The notes under the pieces were generated by a model. That model was not told where the DNA came from. It worked only from the letters and a program-made list of their open reading frames with translations, and searched no databases. From contig BFEA01000001.1 in the NCBI GenBank assembly GCA_003427395.1, forward strand, positions 1,050,348 through 1,114,347: 64,000 nucleotides of DNA, given 5' to 3'. The DNA is from Chara braunii. Lineage: Eukaryota; Plantae; Charophyceae. The first letter of the stretch is position 1. Each line of letters starts with the position of its first letter. The translations under genes were made by a program, and so were the position numbers. Below, in pieces: positions 25,472 through 37,195 of this stretch.

Positions 25472-27919
25472 TGCAATGAATTGCAGTTGCTTACGCGGGC
25501 TGTACACTAAGTTCGTCTGTTGTTCCCCTGCTCTGAGCCCTGTGGGACTTGATCCCGTGACCTACAGATTGTATGTGTTATTTACTAGCTTCGAGTCCTA
25601 CCGGGCTTGACCCGTGAACCTGTCGCTAGTAGTCTCTATTTGGCAGTCTTAGGCCCTTCAGCCTTGCTGTTTTGTCCTTTTCTGGTCTTCTGGAAACTGG
25701 TAGGCCCGAAGGTCTCCCTTGTGTGTGTCTTAGTCTTGGGTCCCCTTAGTCTAGGTTCCCATCCAGATGCAGGTAGGGAGATCTTGACTGTGTGGCCGTA
25801 GATGTGTGCTGTTTGAACGGTCATATAGGCTTTAAGTGACTGCTGTGTGGGAAGCGGCGATGGGAGTACGTGAGCGGCACTATTTCCAGCGCTCAGTCTT
25901 CTTCCTCTTCGAAGGGGAGCTTGGGCAGCCATAGCTGGGGCGCCCTGCTGCTCGAGGAGGCAGCGCCTGTAAGAGGTCTCCCAGGTGCTGATGCCTCTAC
26001 CATCACGCTGCTGTTTGTCAGGTGGAAGAACAGCCACTTTCTTCCTTGAGTGACTTGCTTGTTGCTAGTTGCTGCCATACCAGGGCAGCCATCATCTACT
26101 TCATCGAGGCTCACCTTCTTCTTCATGGTGGTTTGCGGGGCTGCGACTTGGTATCTGGCTCATGTCAGATCGGCGCCTGTACTCACGGGCTCGGGGCATG
26201 ATGAGATGCTGTTTGCAACAGTGGGCTATCACTGGAGGCTGGGAGTCGTAGGAGAAGAGGAAGTTTCAGTGAAGCTTCATTGAAGTGTATTGTCGGGGGT
26301 TAATCGGAGGTGGAACAGATTTCGTGGTTGAGATTCTTGGAGATGCTCGGTTGACAGGGGTTGTAATAAATAATTGGTTAAAACATTCTTGTCTCAATTT
26401 TTTTATCTGGCGTTGGCTTCCGCTGTGCAATCTCTCTCCATGGCTATGGTGTGAATCTGCTTTCTCCAGTCTCCCTGTCATTGCAGATGTGTATGGGTGT
26501 AATGACCCGCCATAAAACAGACTCAGAACACTGCTGATTTCTGAAGTTCTGCCGATGGAATGGATGCCTTGCTGATATTCCCGCATTCTGCTGTGTTTTC
26601 TAAGTCTGTCTATGTGTGCGTGCTTGTGACCTGCGTGCCTGTCTGAGTGCTTGTCGGTATGAGTGTGTGTGTGACCCGCAAGGGTACTTGCTTGTTGGTG
26701 GGCCCGTAGGGCCGGTACTTACCTGTGGCCATGGCATTGAGGGTTGCAGCAGGGAAAACACTCAAGTAGCGGAGCCAGGGGCCCGCGGTGCTTAGAGCAG
26801 CGGAAAAACACTCAAGTAGCAGGTAGGCCGGTACCACACCCAGTAGCGGTAGATGTGCCGGGTACTCGAGGCCGAGCAGAAAAAGACAAAGTTGGCATTT
26901 TTAGAGGCCCAGTAGCGGTAAGCTAGGTCTAGGCCAGTACCGGTCCATCCAGTCTGAGTCTAGAGCCTGTACGGGCAATATCAGAGTCTGCAATGATGTT
27001 TCCCTCCGAAAGGGAGGAGGTACCGATTGCTTGGGAGGCCGAGCGGCCTGGAAGTCACCGCCCAAGAGGCAAGCAGGCCGCTATATCAAGAGGCTGAGGC
27101 AAGAGCTCAGCCTCATTCTTCAGTGTGCAAGTTCGGCGACATGCTGCTGGAGCGCTGGCTGGAGAGGCGCTGGGTACTACAGCGCTGCTAGGAGGAAGAA
27201 GCCGGGAGCTTCCACCTTGGCTATGGTGGAGCTCTACCGGTAGGAGGAGGAGGGAGAAGGGGACCAAGGAGGAGAGGGGTGGGGTACTTACCTGGCTATG
27301 GCAAACACCATCTTCATCACCTTGTTAGGCGCTGCATCTGGAAGGCCCCAGTGGGGGTAGTGCCGCATCAAGGAAGCTCGGGGCAGAGTCAGGCATGGCG
27401 GTTGAGTGGGCAGCGGCATAGCTGCATGGNGATGACCTTGAAGTGGGGCAGCGACATAGCTGCTTTGGGTTGTCCTTTGGACAGGAGGCTGAAGCCTCAG
27501 TAGTCCGCCATAGCCTTGGCCTGTATGTAGAGGAAGAGGAAGGGTGGCCAGGGCTATGGTGGACCCCATGTTATGCCTGCAGTAGAAGTGGGATTCGGAC
27601 ATTGATTCTGGCTCAGTCATTCAACATTATTATTGTTATTTCTTGTTTGAATAAGAGGGGAGGAGATAAAGAGGAAGAGATCGGTTGGCGAAGAAGAAGA
27701 GCCTTGTCATTGGTCTATGCTGGAGTACATCATCTTCTTCTTCTTTCTTACTTCTTCTTCTTCTTCTTTCCCTCTCTCTCCCCTCAAGTTCATTCATTTC
27801 TTTTTGCAATTGGATGGCATTGTACTTTCAGATGGATGTATACTTCGAAATTGGCCAGGATTGTAACATGGGAACATTTGAATGCGGGTTCGAGTTGTGA
27901 ATCAATCGAACACATAACA
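25472..27919 (+). repeat. 3' LTR (25472-26497 plus 27873-27919), split by a nested LTR
   Basis: Starts TGCAATG after the purine tract and ends CACATAACA, like the solo LTR at 17376-18530. Confidence 0.85.
26498..27868. mobile_element. Nested solo LTR
   Basis: Termini TGTAATGACCC...TGTAACA; 4-bp TSD TGGG at 26494-26497 and 27869-27872. Confidence 0.85.
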
Positions 27920-28537
27920 TCTATATGATGATGATGTTTGTGTGTGTTGAGTCACGAGTCTGGTGAGTCAGATTGCTGTTTTTCAGTCATCCGCTGCTTG
28001 GCATTGTTTTTCCTCCTCACCTTGGCGATCACTTGGTCCTGCATCATGCCTGGATACTTACAGGCATATGACACCTTGTCTCATTGCCTTTACCCACTTG
28101 CAGTGAACAGTTAAATTAAAAATCCTCTCTTTTTCCCAATAAATACATAGATACAGTAGATACTTAAATAACTTAGAATAAGTTGAAATAAGCAAATAGG
28201 TAAATATCTGACCTCATGGTCCCAGATTCAGTGTGCTGTAGTGTGGCCAATCTTTTTTTTTTTTTTTTTTTTTGAACTTGCCGACAAAGGAAATTACCCA
28301 GCATAGCTCGTTCAGTACAGTAGTCCCGGTGGTCAGAACAGTCTAGTAGAAGCGGTCATTGGGACGGAGAGGCCCAAGCAGCTGAAGCCGGGTAATGGCC
28401 CCGGCAGAAACAACTCTTGTACTGGGACGCTGGACTCGGTTTCCAGCAGGTGCAGCTCTACCGTGGGGGGGTGCTCATATCACCTCCCAGGGTCAGGAAC
28501 CCGCCTGAAGTTTTTCTGCATTCTTTCCTTCTCGGCT

Positions 28538-28685
28538 CTGGCTCCTACCATTCTGGGGAGCAACAGTCCGGTTCCTATTCCCCCGGCAAGTCAAAATGGA
28601 ATACATGAGCGATTCACGCACGCTCCTCCCCATTATGGCTGGGAGGCCCGAGTGGACGGCATTGATTACTTCGCTGCGGAAGGAT
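28538..28685 (-). other. Conserved structured cis-RNA motif in the LINE C 3' UTR
   Basis: Homologous to 17120-17268, including the near-identical TGACTTGCCGGKGGAATAGGAACCGGACTGWTGCTCCCCAGAATGG. Confidence 0.65.
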
Positions 28686-29335
28686 GTACCACCCCTCGCC
28701 CCTGCCTGAGTTAGCCTGTACTGCTTGTTTGGTCTGGCTGCTGTCTGATTATCTTGCTACTATCCTGTTTCACTCTGCTGTGTTGTTGGAGAGTTGTTGT
28801 AATCGACTAAAGGTGTCTTTGACCTATGTGGACTTCATACTATCTCTACCTCTTTAGGTTCTACTTATCTAATTTTCTGACTGGGCCCTAAACCCTAAAC
28901 CCTCGGCTGTGTGTGTAGTGTTTTGGTGTGGTTGCAGGGGTTGGGTTGAAGTCTGAGTGATACTAGAAAAGGGGGTTGTTTGGGGTTCGGTGGGGGTGAT
29001 CTTGGTCGGGGTTGAGTTAACGCCTGGGGGGGTTGGGTTGGGTGGTTTTCGGCTGGTTGTGGTGCGCTGAGTAATGTAGGGGGGATATGTGATGAGAGGG
29101 GAGGGGAGGGAAGGGGAGATCGGATACTGTGGAGATCAGGTGGCCAGTGTGGGGGGGTGGGGGGGATGGTGGGGGATGTTGGTGGGGATGGTGGGGATGG
29201 TGGGGATGGTGGGGGGAGCGGAGTTTTTAGTGTTTCGATGGTGAATTGGTGATGGGTGGTGGGTTATGGGATGGGTTTGTACGGAATAGGGGCGTTGAAG
29301 GGGTGTTTTATACCTGAGATATCATTAGCCAGTTT

Positions 29336-32300
29336 TTAAGGGTTAGTCTGCCTCCCGAGTAGTCCATTGCCTAGTTTGGATGTCGAGAACTTTTGTATTG
29401 CTAGTTTTTTTTTGTCTGGGTCAGTTGGGAGCTTTCTGAGTTGATTTTTCCAGAGGGCGTGGATTTCTGTGTCTATTAGTTGCCTGATGAGGATGAGTGG
29501 GTTTTCTGCGGAGGTGAGTCGGTCTTCGAAGGTGTTATCGCATCTGTTTTTCCATATGGCCCATAGGGTGCTTTTCTTGATTTGGGAGGCGAGGAAGGAT
29601 TCGAAGCATTTGAGTGGGGGTGATTGTTTGTGGTCGAGGAATAGTGTGGCCGGGTTGATTAGTAGAGGAGAGTTTGGAATTTTATGCCACGACGTTTCAA
29701 GGGCTTGCCAAATGGATCTGGCCTTTGGGCAATCAATAAAACAGTGATTCAAGGATTCAGGGGTATTGAGATTACATACTTTGCACCAGGAGTCTTGATC
29801 CGATCTGTTGTCTTGATTGCGCCTCTTGCCCAGCCGTTGATTTACTGGGACAGCTCTGAAGGCTATTAACCATCTCAGGCTGGATAGCTTTACCGGTCTT
29901 GTGGAGAATATTGTCGCCCAGGGTAGTGAGAAGTGGGAGTTGGCTAGTTGCGGTTCCTCCTTCGTCCACCTGTTGCGTACTGTATTGGTTATTGATATGG
30001 GTTTGGTGAAGAGTCGGTAACCCAGTTTGGGTATGTAGTCAGTTAGCTTGTAANAGTTTGAGGTGAGGGGGGATCCGGATGGGGAGTTCCATGTCCATTC
30101 AGTAGGGTCTATCTCTAAGTCACTTACGCGAGTATGGGGTTTGTAGACTCTTTTTCTTTCTCCTTCTATGATTTTGATTCTCCTTAGGTTGTTGCTTTTG
30201 AATGCTCCTTCTGCTCTGCTCTTTATATTGATAAGGCTTACCGGGTTTCCGGGTTCTTCTAGGGTGTGTATATCGCAGCATATCCATCTTTTGTTATGTG
30301 GTTCATAGTTTTTGAATGATAGAACTTCTTGGATTGGTTGGGTGTCGATGGTGGTGGCCCAATCTCCACTTTGCCATTTCTGATCTGATTTTAAGAGGGA
30401 TTGCCAGTGTAGAGGAATACAGTCTATGATGTGGTCTAAGTTGGCTTGCAGGTGATGTACGCCTTTTAGTTTGGTTCGTAGGTCTCTTTCTGTTTTCCAG
30501 TCTTTGTTTTGCTCGTCCCAAATGTGTTTGATTTGCCATATTCCCTTTTCTAGCCAGTGTCCCCATTTGGGGTCAGATTTCACGAGTGGGAGGCCCAAAG
30601 GGATTTAGTCTGGGGGGTGTCGTTGGTGTTCCGATGTAGTGCTTGGTCAGGTAGTCTCTGATTCCCTTTTGGTAGTGGCCAGTTTTTACTGAAAATCCAA
30701 AGAGGCCTGTCATGTTGTTGGGGGATGTAAATGGTGCTAGTTCTCTAATATGGTTTAGGGCTAAGGGGGTCCAGTGTAGGTTGTCCTGAAGGGTTAGCCT
30801 TATAATCCATTTGATTTCTAAGGCTTGTATTTGGAGGGATGGGTCTACTAGACCTAAGCCCCCTTTGCTCTTAGGGCTGGTGACTATCTGCCAGGCTACC
30901 TTGTGGATAAAGTGTTGCTTATCTGGGTTACCTGTCCATAGGAAGGCTGCTGTTTTTTTCCTCAGCTGACTGTGGAAGTCAGTAGCTGGGAACCATATGG
31001 AGGTAGAATACCACATCTACTGAACCATATGGAGGTAGAATACCACATCATAGCTAGGATTGAGTTATTGAGCGCCAGTACCCTACCTAATAGGGAAGTG
31101 TATGTGGCTTTCCATGTGTGCATCCTGTTAATCATGGAAAATAGGAGTGACGCTGCAGATATTTGGTGACATCCTTTGAGGTTAAGGTTGATGCCCAAGA
31201 AACGGATTGGTGATTTTGGGTCTGTCCAGTGTAGACCTGTTGGGGAGAATTTTGTGGGAGGAGGTGTTTCGGCAGTCCACCAGCCTATTGTCTTGGTCTA
31301 GTTTACTTTCATCTCTGAGGCCAGTTGAAAGGCTTCCATTGCTCTTATTAGGGCTTGAAAGGAGGAATCTGAAGCCCGGATCAGAACTGTGAGGTCATCT
31401 GCCAAAAGGAGGGTAGCAGGAAGGTGGAGGTATTGACCGCGTTCGTCCTTGATGTTATCTATTCTCTCGATGGATCTATCCTTTCTCAAAAAAGCAGCTA
31501 TGGCTTCCATGACAAAGAGGAAAATCGGTGCTGCTAGTGGGTCCCCTTGTCTTGCTGACCTTGACATTGGGTAGGGGTTCGAGAGGAAGCCATTGACTTG
31601 AACTATCCCTTGTGCGTCGTTGTAAAGTATTCTCACCCACTTTCTGAAAACAGGTCCTACTCCCATTCTTTCCATGCTGGCCTGGAGAAAGTCCCAGTTA
31701 ACTTGATCGTATGCTTTTTCAAAGTCAAAGAAGAGGATGGCAGCAGCTATCCGTTTTTGGTTGATTATTCTTGTAGCTTCGCAGAGGGACATTACGTTGT
31801 CTAGGATGAGTCTTCCTGGAATGAATCCTGTCTGATCTAGGTGGAAGCAACCTCCTGTGATCTTGTTTATTCTGGTAGCTAGAAGTTTGACTACGATCTT
31901 GTAGGAGACGTTTAGTAATGAGATGGGTCTGTAGTTTTTTATGTCTTCTCTCTCTCCGTTTTTGTATAGGAGTGTCACCACCCCTGTACTCAGGTCTAGG
32001 CCTAGTGTTTCTTCCTCCCATGCTCTTGCGAGGAAACTCAAGAGAAGTGGGCCTAGGGTGTGCCAGCCTGCCATCCAAAATTCCTTTGAGAGGCCGTCCC
32101 TTCCTGGGCTTTGTTGGGTTTGAGGTCGCTCAGGGCTTGATGTAATTCTTCTAGTGATATGGGCTCCTCTAGTGCTTTGGAGGTTTTTGGTGAGATGGAT
32201 TTATCTAGGTGGGTTAAGAATTTCTCTCTTGCTCTATTTGTTGAGTTGTTAACACCTATAAGAGTTTTGGATGTATAGAGGTCTTTGTAAAAGGTAGTAG

Positions 32301-33600
32301 CTATGTTGACTAGTTTCGTTGTTTCTGTGTTTGGGTTCCCGTTCACATCTCATAGGCATACTATTTTGGAGTTTCTGGAGTTGGCTTTGATTTTTTGGGA
32401 AAATAATTTGGACATGTTTTCGTTCAGTTCCCAGTCTTTTACTCTGGCTCTTAATTGGAGGCCGTTGAGCTTTAGTTTAGTCCATTCGCTTAATTCTTCC
32501 TTGGATTTGGTGAGTAATTCCGCATAGAATTTTGAGTTTGGATGATTCTGTAAGTTTCACTCTGCTAATTCTATCACGTTTTTTAGGGTCTCCTCTCTTT
32601 CCTTTCTGTGTGAGGCTAGTTTTCTAGATATTTGCGTTGTTTTGGAGCTGATGTTTTGGATGATTTGGGGGAGTTTAGTGTGTATGTCCTCATTTGGTTG
32701 TAATCGTGCTTGAGAGGTTAGTAATGACTGGAGCTCGGATTGGAATGCTTGGCTGGAGAGGAGGGCGTTATTGAAGCGGTAGAAGCTTTTACCAGTGTAG
32801 CCTTCCTTTGTGAGTCTGATATCTAGGGATATGGCTTTATGATCCAGACCCTTGTGGTATGGGTTACCGTGGATGGAACAGTTTTGTATGGCTCCTGATA
32901 GTGAGTCTGATGTGAGGAAGAAATCTATTCTGGAAAAGGATGTTCGCCCTTGTGAAGTTTTTCTGATACAGGAGTATTTCTTACTTTCTGGGTGTAGGAG
33001 GCGGTATGGGTCTAATAAGTTTTTTCTGGTTATGAAGTCATTTAGATCGGCACTGTTAGATTGTGGTGTAGGATCGAGGGAGTGGGGGATTTTGTCTAGA
33101 TTGGGGTTCTGAATTGTGTTCCAATCTCCCATGATGATGGTGGGTGTGAGTGTGGGGATGTGCTGTTCAATCGTGATTAGGAAAGGGGTTTTGTCCTGTG
33201 GGGTGTTCGGTCCGTAAATCCCTATGATGGTCATCTCCTCTTCTTTGAATTTGATGTCTAGTTTAATCCACCTATCTGAGGTATTGTCTTGGTTGACATT
33301 CTGTATTTTTATTGTTTCGCTGGCTGATGAATTTTGATGTAGGAGAAATACAATGCCTGCTGAGCCATTTTCTGCAGCTTTGGCCCAGAAGGCCTTTCTG
33401 ACGTAGGTTAGTTTCCTTGTGATAGCTAATTGTAATTTATTGTGTTCACTACTGTCGGTTAGGTGTGTTTCTTGGAGGCATGTTATGTCTGGGGGGTTAG
33501 GGCCAAACCAACCTATGGTCTCTGTGAGGTTTCTCCATTTGACTGGGTTGTCCAAAATGGATGCCAGACCGTTGATGTTCCATGACACACATGTTATTTC
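29336..33600 (-). pseudogene. LINE ORF2 (endonuclease, RT, C-terminal Cys/His region), few lesions
   Basis: SWNING, CLQETH, MGDWN, SRIDFF, DHKAI; NYRPISLL, DFEKAYD, RQGDPL, LLADDL; CKVC...ESLNHCFIDC, LWAIWKNRC. Confidence 0.95.
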
Positions 33601-33749
33601 TGGTTGCTTTCTGATTTCTTTGAGGATATCGGCTTCAGTGGTGGGTTTGAATCTTTTTGCGTTGATGTTTGTCCCACTATCAGGTTGCCCGTCTGAGTGT
33701 TCTTCCGTTATTGCTTGGAACGGTTAGGCCTGATGTGGGACTGTGGGTA

Positions 33750-36411
33750 AGCTCAGGTAGAGGGTTGGGGAGTCTTTTTCCCTTCCTTCTCCTTTTTCTT
33801 CTCTTCCTTCTTTTCCTTTTCCTTCTTTTCCTTTTCCTTCTTCAGTTTCTCCAGTGTCTCCTCCTCATTTTTGCACAACCATTCCTCTCTCATGAAGACC
33901 GCGGTGCTGAAGGCGATTCTGTCAACTTCGTCCTTCTGACCCAGTAGTGAGTAGGGAATCTCACAGATCATCTCCCAAGATTTTCATGCCAGACCCTCCC
34001 TCAATTGAGCCTGCTGATCATAGAGAACTATGACTGGTCTCAGGTCGCTGAAATGTCTTTCCCCGCTGTCGCCGTCCCAGAACACTTCCACGCAGTCGTT
34101 CTCTATCACTTTCATGGCCAACGGGCGATCGTCTGAGATGTTTGCCCTTGCAAAGTTGAGGCGTTTGTGTGAGTCTTGTGTTGTGATGATGCCCAGTGAA
34201 GGCCGGACTGCAATCTGCCATTCCTTTTTGTCTGAATTGTAACGGAAGGGCAAGAATGGGATCGTGGGGGAGAGGGTACGCGCATCAAGTGTGGCTGCCA
34301 CTGTCAGATCCTGGGGGTTTTGGTCTGCAATTTTGTCGAGGGAGTATGAGTCTGCTCCCAGCTCCAGATTTTGTTCCTGCAATAAATTTGTTTGCCTCTC
34401 AAGAATGGCGATTTGCCTTCTTTTTTCCTTCTTCAGATTGTTCTTTTGCTTGAGCAGATTCTTTGCCAGGGAGATCATTTTAGTTTCCTCTGTGTCATGC
34501 TCCCCGATGTTATTGATCCTGGGTGGCTCATTCTCACTTAGGGCCAATTGGCCGCGTCGTCTCGCAGATATGAGTTGGGCCACTCGATTGGCTTCTCACT
34601 TGATTGTGGGACTGAGTGTGAGGTTCCTGTGGTGGCATTTGTGTTCATTGCATCATTGAGCTGATCAGCGTATTGCAGGGCCAAGAATTCAGAAAAGATG
34701 TTCTCTGTTGGCAGCACGTCGTAGCGGTTAGGGGTAGTTGGGAATCCACCTGTGGCGTTTGTGTTCGACTCTTTCTTCAGGATGCTGATGTGTCCGGCAT
34801 GAGCCAGCCTGATTTCCAAGTCAAGGTCTCTATGTGCTTTCAGCAATTCAATGTATTCATCCAGCCATTCCGGGGTGTTGTCAGAGTCCTGTCTGGCTGT
34901 TTGCTGCTGATTTCACCGGTGGTGCTAAGTCCAAGTGCATTTCACTTTCCCTGACCTCAATTGAGGTGCTGCTGTCTCTGCTTTTCTTGGTGTCTGGAGA
35001 TTTGCCTTTTTCTTTGGGCTCTTCTTCTTCGTTCCTGTTCTTTCTTTTCGTTGGTCTCGATTCTTTCTTCTTGCCCTTGTCTGTGTTCTTTGTCTCCAAG
35101 TCAGTTCTGGTCTGAAGGATTTCGAGGTAGGATTTCTCTGCCTCTTCCTATGTTGTGCACATCGCTGAGAATCTGATTTTTGTGCATTGTCTGTTCCAGG
35201 CGATCTGCATTGCCCAAAGCCACATTTTCGTATTTGTATGTAGACCTGTCATTCCTTTTGGCTCCTCCTTTTTGCCATCTGCTTCCATGTGGGGGGAAGA
35301 CATCTGGCTTGCATGCTGGTTCTGCGTCCTCCAGTGTCCATATCCACGCTGGGTTGTCTTTGAGGTCGTCAAAGACCCAGCCCGCCTAGGCTGGGTCGTT
35401 GATAATCCAGATGCCTTTCATTGCATCTGCTTCGACCAACATTGAGGGGTGTAATCTTCTGCCTTCTCCTTTCCTCGTGTTCAGGGGACAGAGAGGGTCG
35501 TTCCCCATGTGTCCCTTTATCCTGCATCTAAAGCACATGGGGTTCGCCTTCGTGGAGATGTAAACTGTTGTTACCTCCTGATCTGCTCTGAAAAACCATT
35601 TGTCAGGCAGTTCTGGTGGGTTGCTTCCTTTGAGTTCAATGCATGCGATTCTTGAGTTGGTGTTGGGGGCAAGGAAGCCTGGGGCTGATGAGACCCATTC
35701 TACCAGAGGGTACTGAGGGTAAGATTCTTTCAATCTGTCCTCTACCATCTGGTGTACTTCGTCAATCAGGTTGTCAAACTGGATCCAAAAGGGCTTGTAC
35801 ATCAATGTCTGCCGGTGCCTCGATGTGCCTTATGTTGCTGCCCTGTTGGGTTCCATTTGGAGATGGAGACCACCGATCCTTTGCAATAGAGGGCCTGTAC
35901 TGACAAGAGGTAGGCTGCGTAATCTGGTTCAGCACATAACACTGTGACAGCATTTTCCCCTCTGTTGTAAGGCAATCTTGGGAACAGTGTCCCGCAGGTT
36001 CTCCATGTTCTGGAGAGCGTCTCGGACCCTTTTCCTTTTCTCAGTGGGCGGCAGATGTTTCAGTTTGGCTGGGAAGGAGCAAATGACTGCGTGTTTTTCG
36101 AAGAATTCGTCTAACACGGGCAAGTGTTCCTTTGGATATACCCAGACTTCGACCTCTGCTTCTTCATCCTTGCTGACTTTCACTATTTCTTTAGTGATCA
36201 TTGGTTTGACACGTGTTTCCTTTATCATGAGGTTGAGGACCTCTTGGCTTGGGTCTTGATCATTAGTGCTTCGTGCTCTTTTGGAGCCTGAGGTCGCGCC
36301 TGACGCTGTACCAGAGGCTGGGACGAAGGTTGCGGCAGAGCCTGCTGCTGAACCTGAGGCAGAGCCAGAGGTTGAGGTTGATGCCGCTGTCGTGGAGTGA
36401 GTCGCTGCCAT
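33750..36411 (-). pseudogene. LINE ORF1 (about 890 codons; Zn knuckle CFRCRIKGHMGNDPLC, coiled-coil-like stretch, C-terminal domain)
   Basis: ATG at 36411 after the 5' monomers; fragments align with copy A ORF1. Confidence 0.85.
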
Positions 36412-36477
36412 GGTGTAATGTGAGTGGGTTGACCGATCGTCTCCTCACTGACAGGAGACCGTGAGAACAGATTTGGG

Positions 36478-36676
36478 GCGTGTGATCAGAAACTGAGCGG
36501 TGAAAGAAAAAGAACAGAGCTTCGCCTCCCCAATTGGGGAGCGTGGGATCAGACACTGAGCAGTGAAAAAAAGGCACACAGCTTCGCCTCCCCACCTGGG
36601 AAGCGTGGGATCAGAAACTGGGCAGTGGGAAAACAAAAGAGTTAAAAAAGAGTAAAGCTTCGCCTCCCCACTTGGG
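36478..36676 (-). promoter_or_regulatory. Three tandem monomers of about 62-75 bp forming the LINE 5' end (putative internal promoter)
   Basis: GCGTG.GATCAGA.ACTG.GC.GTG...AGCTTCGCCTCCCCA..TGGG three times on plus; the promoter role is inferred by analogy with rodent L1 monomers. Confidence 0.65.
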
Positions 36677-36952
36677 GTAGTGTGGCCAACCTAAGCAGGT
36701 GGAAAAAGAAGAAATCTGGCAAATCCCCAAAGGGCTCAAAGCATATCAGAACAAGGAGGATGGAGAGGTGACAGGAGATAGCATCCACTCTGCTCTGTCT
36801 GGCCAAAGTGTGATGCTTAGAACAGCCATCACAGATAATGTTTTCCTGCACTCCCATTCTTACTCTGCTATTTGTAACCTATTCTCAACTTGCCCACACT
36901 AGGATAGCTTTGTCCAAGAGGAGGGTCAAAACTTGAAAAAGCCTTCACTAAC

Positions 36953-37195
36953 CTCCTCAACTTTGCTGCCCAGCTCAATGCCAGGTGATGGAACTTCACT
37001 TTCGGTATTAGATGTGCTGCGATTACGTCGTGACACGTCAGGGAAATCACTCGTCCTTTTGGTCTCCATCATGATGTCAAAGTATCCACCTGTGCCAAAT
37101 GGAACTTTACCACCTAGCCCGCTCTTTGCCTGTGACAGGAGAGGGCTCTCCTGTATGCCCTTTGCAGCAGCGTCAAGGAATGCACGACCCGGATC
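36953..37195 (-). CDS. NRPD1: RNA polymerase IV/V largest subunit exon (region H and start of C-terminal extension)
   Basis: TGCAG acceptor and GTTAGT donor, 81 codons. DPGRAFLDAAAKG...GKVPFGTGGYFDIMM resembles recalled plant NRPD1 (P..CFLKAAKEG...GKVPGFGTGDQFEII). Confidence 0.75.

Larger units (their letters stand above)
20200..27919 (+). mobile_element. Ty3/Gypsy chromovirus-like LTR retrotransposon; decayed, 5' LTR not found
   Basis: gag with CLRCEGNHYVKKCP, protease LLDCGATMNF, RT LYLDDIL, RNase H TTDASQYGVGAVL, integrase, chromodomain-like YEVETI...EYFVKF, purine tract near 25459-25471, then a 3' LTR. Confidence 0.9.
28251..36676 (-). mobile_element. Full-length L1/Tx1-like LINE, copy C (about 8.4 kb), intronic
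   Basis: TSD GTAGTGTGGCCAA at 28238-28250 and 36677-36689; poly(A) at 28253-28273 (T-run on plus); 5' monomers, ORF1, ORF2 and a 3' UTR of about 1.1 kb. Confidence 0.96.

Noticed and set aside
17376-27919. 17376-18530 as the 5' LTR of the Gypsy at 20-28 kb
   Set aside because: It has its own TSD, sits inside a LINE remnant and is visibly too diverged from the 3' LTR.
28060-28105. Possible micro-exon (minus-strand GTAAGT donor near 28060)
   Set aside because: No recognisable coding similarity or clear acceptor.
28381-28412. CTGAAG-hairpin-GAAAC as a hammerhead ribozyme
   Set aside because: The core lacks A9 of CUGANGA, no convincing stems I/III or NUH site were found, and the homologues at 4378 and 4682 lack CTGA and GAAA.
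36478-36676. Monomers as HDV-like or hammerhead ribozymes (TCCCACG...GGCGAA)
   Set aside because: No P1/P3 partner strands for the nested pseudoknot, and CTGATCC/CGAAG break the hammerhead core.
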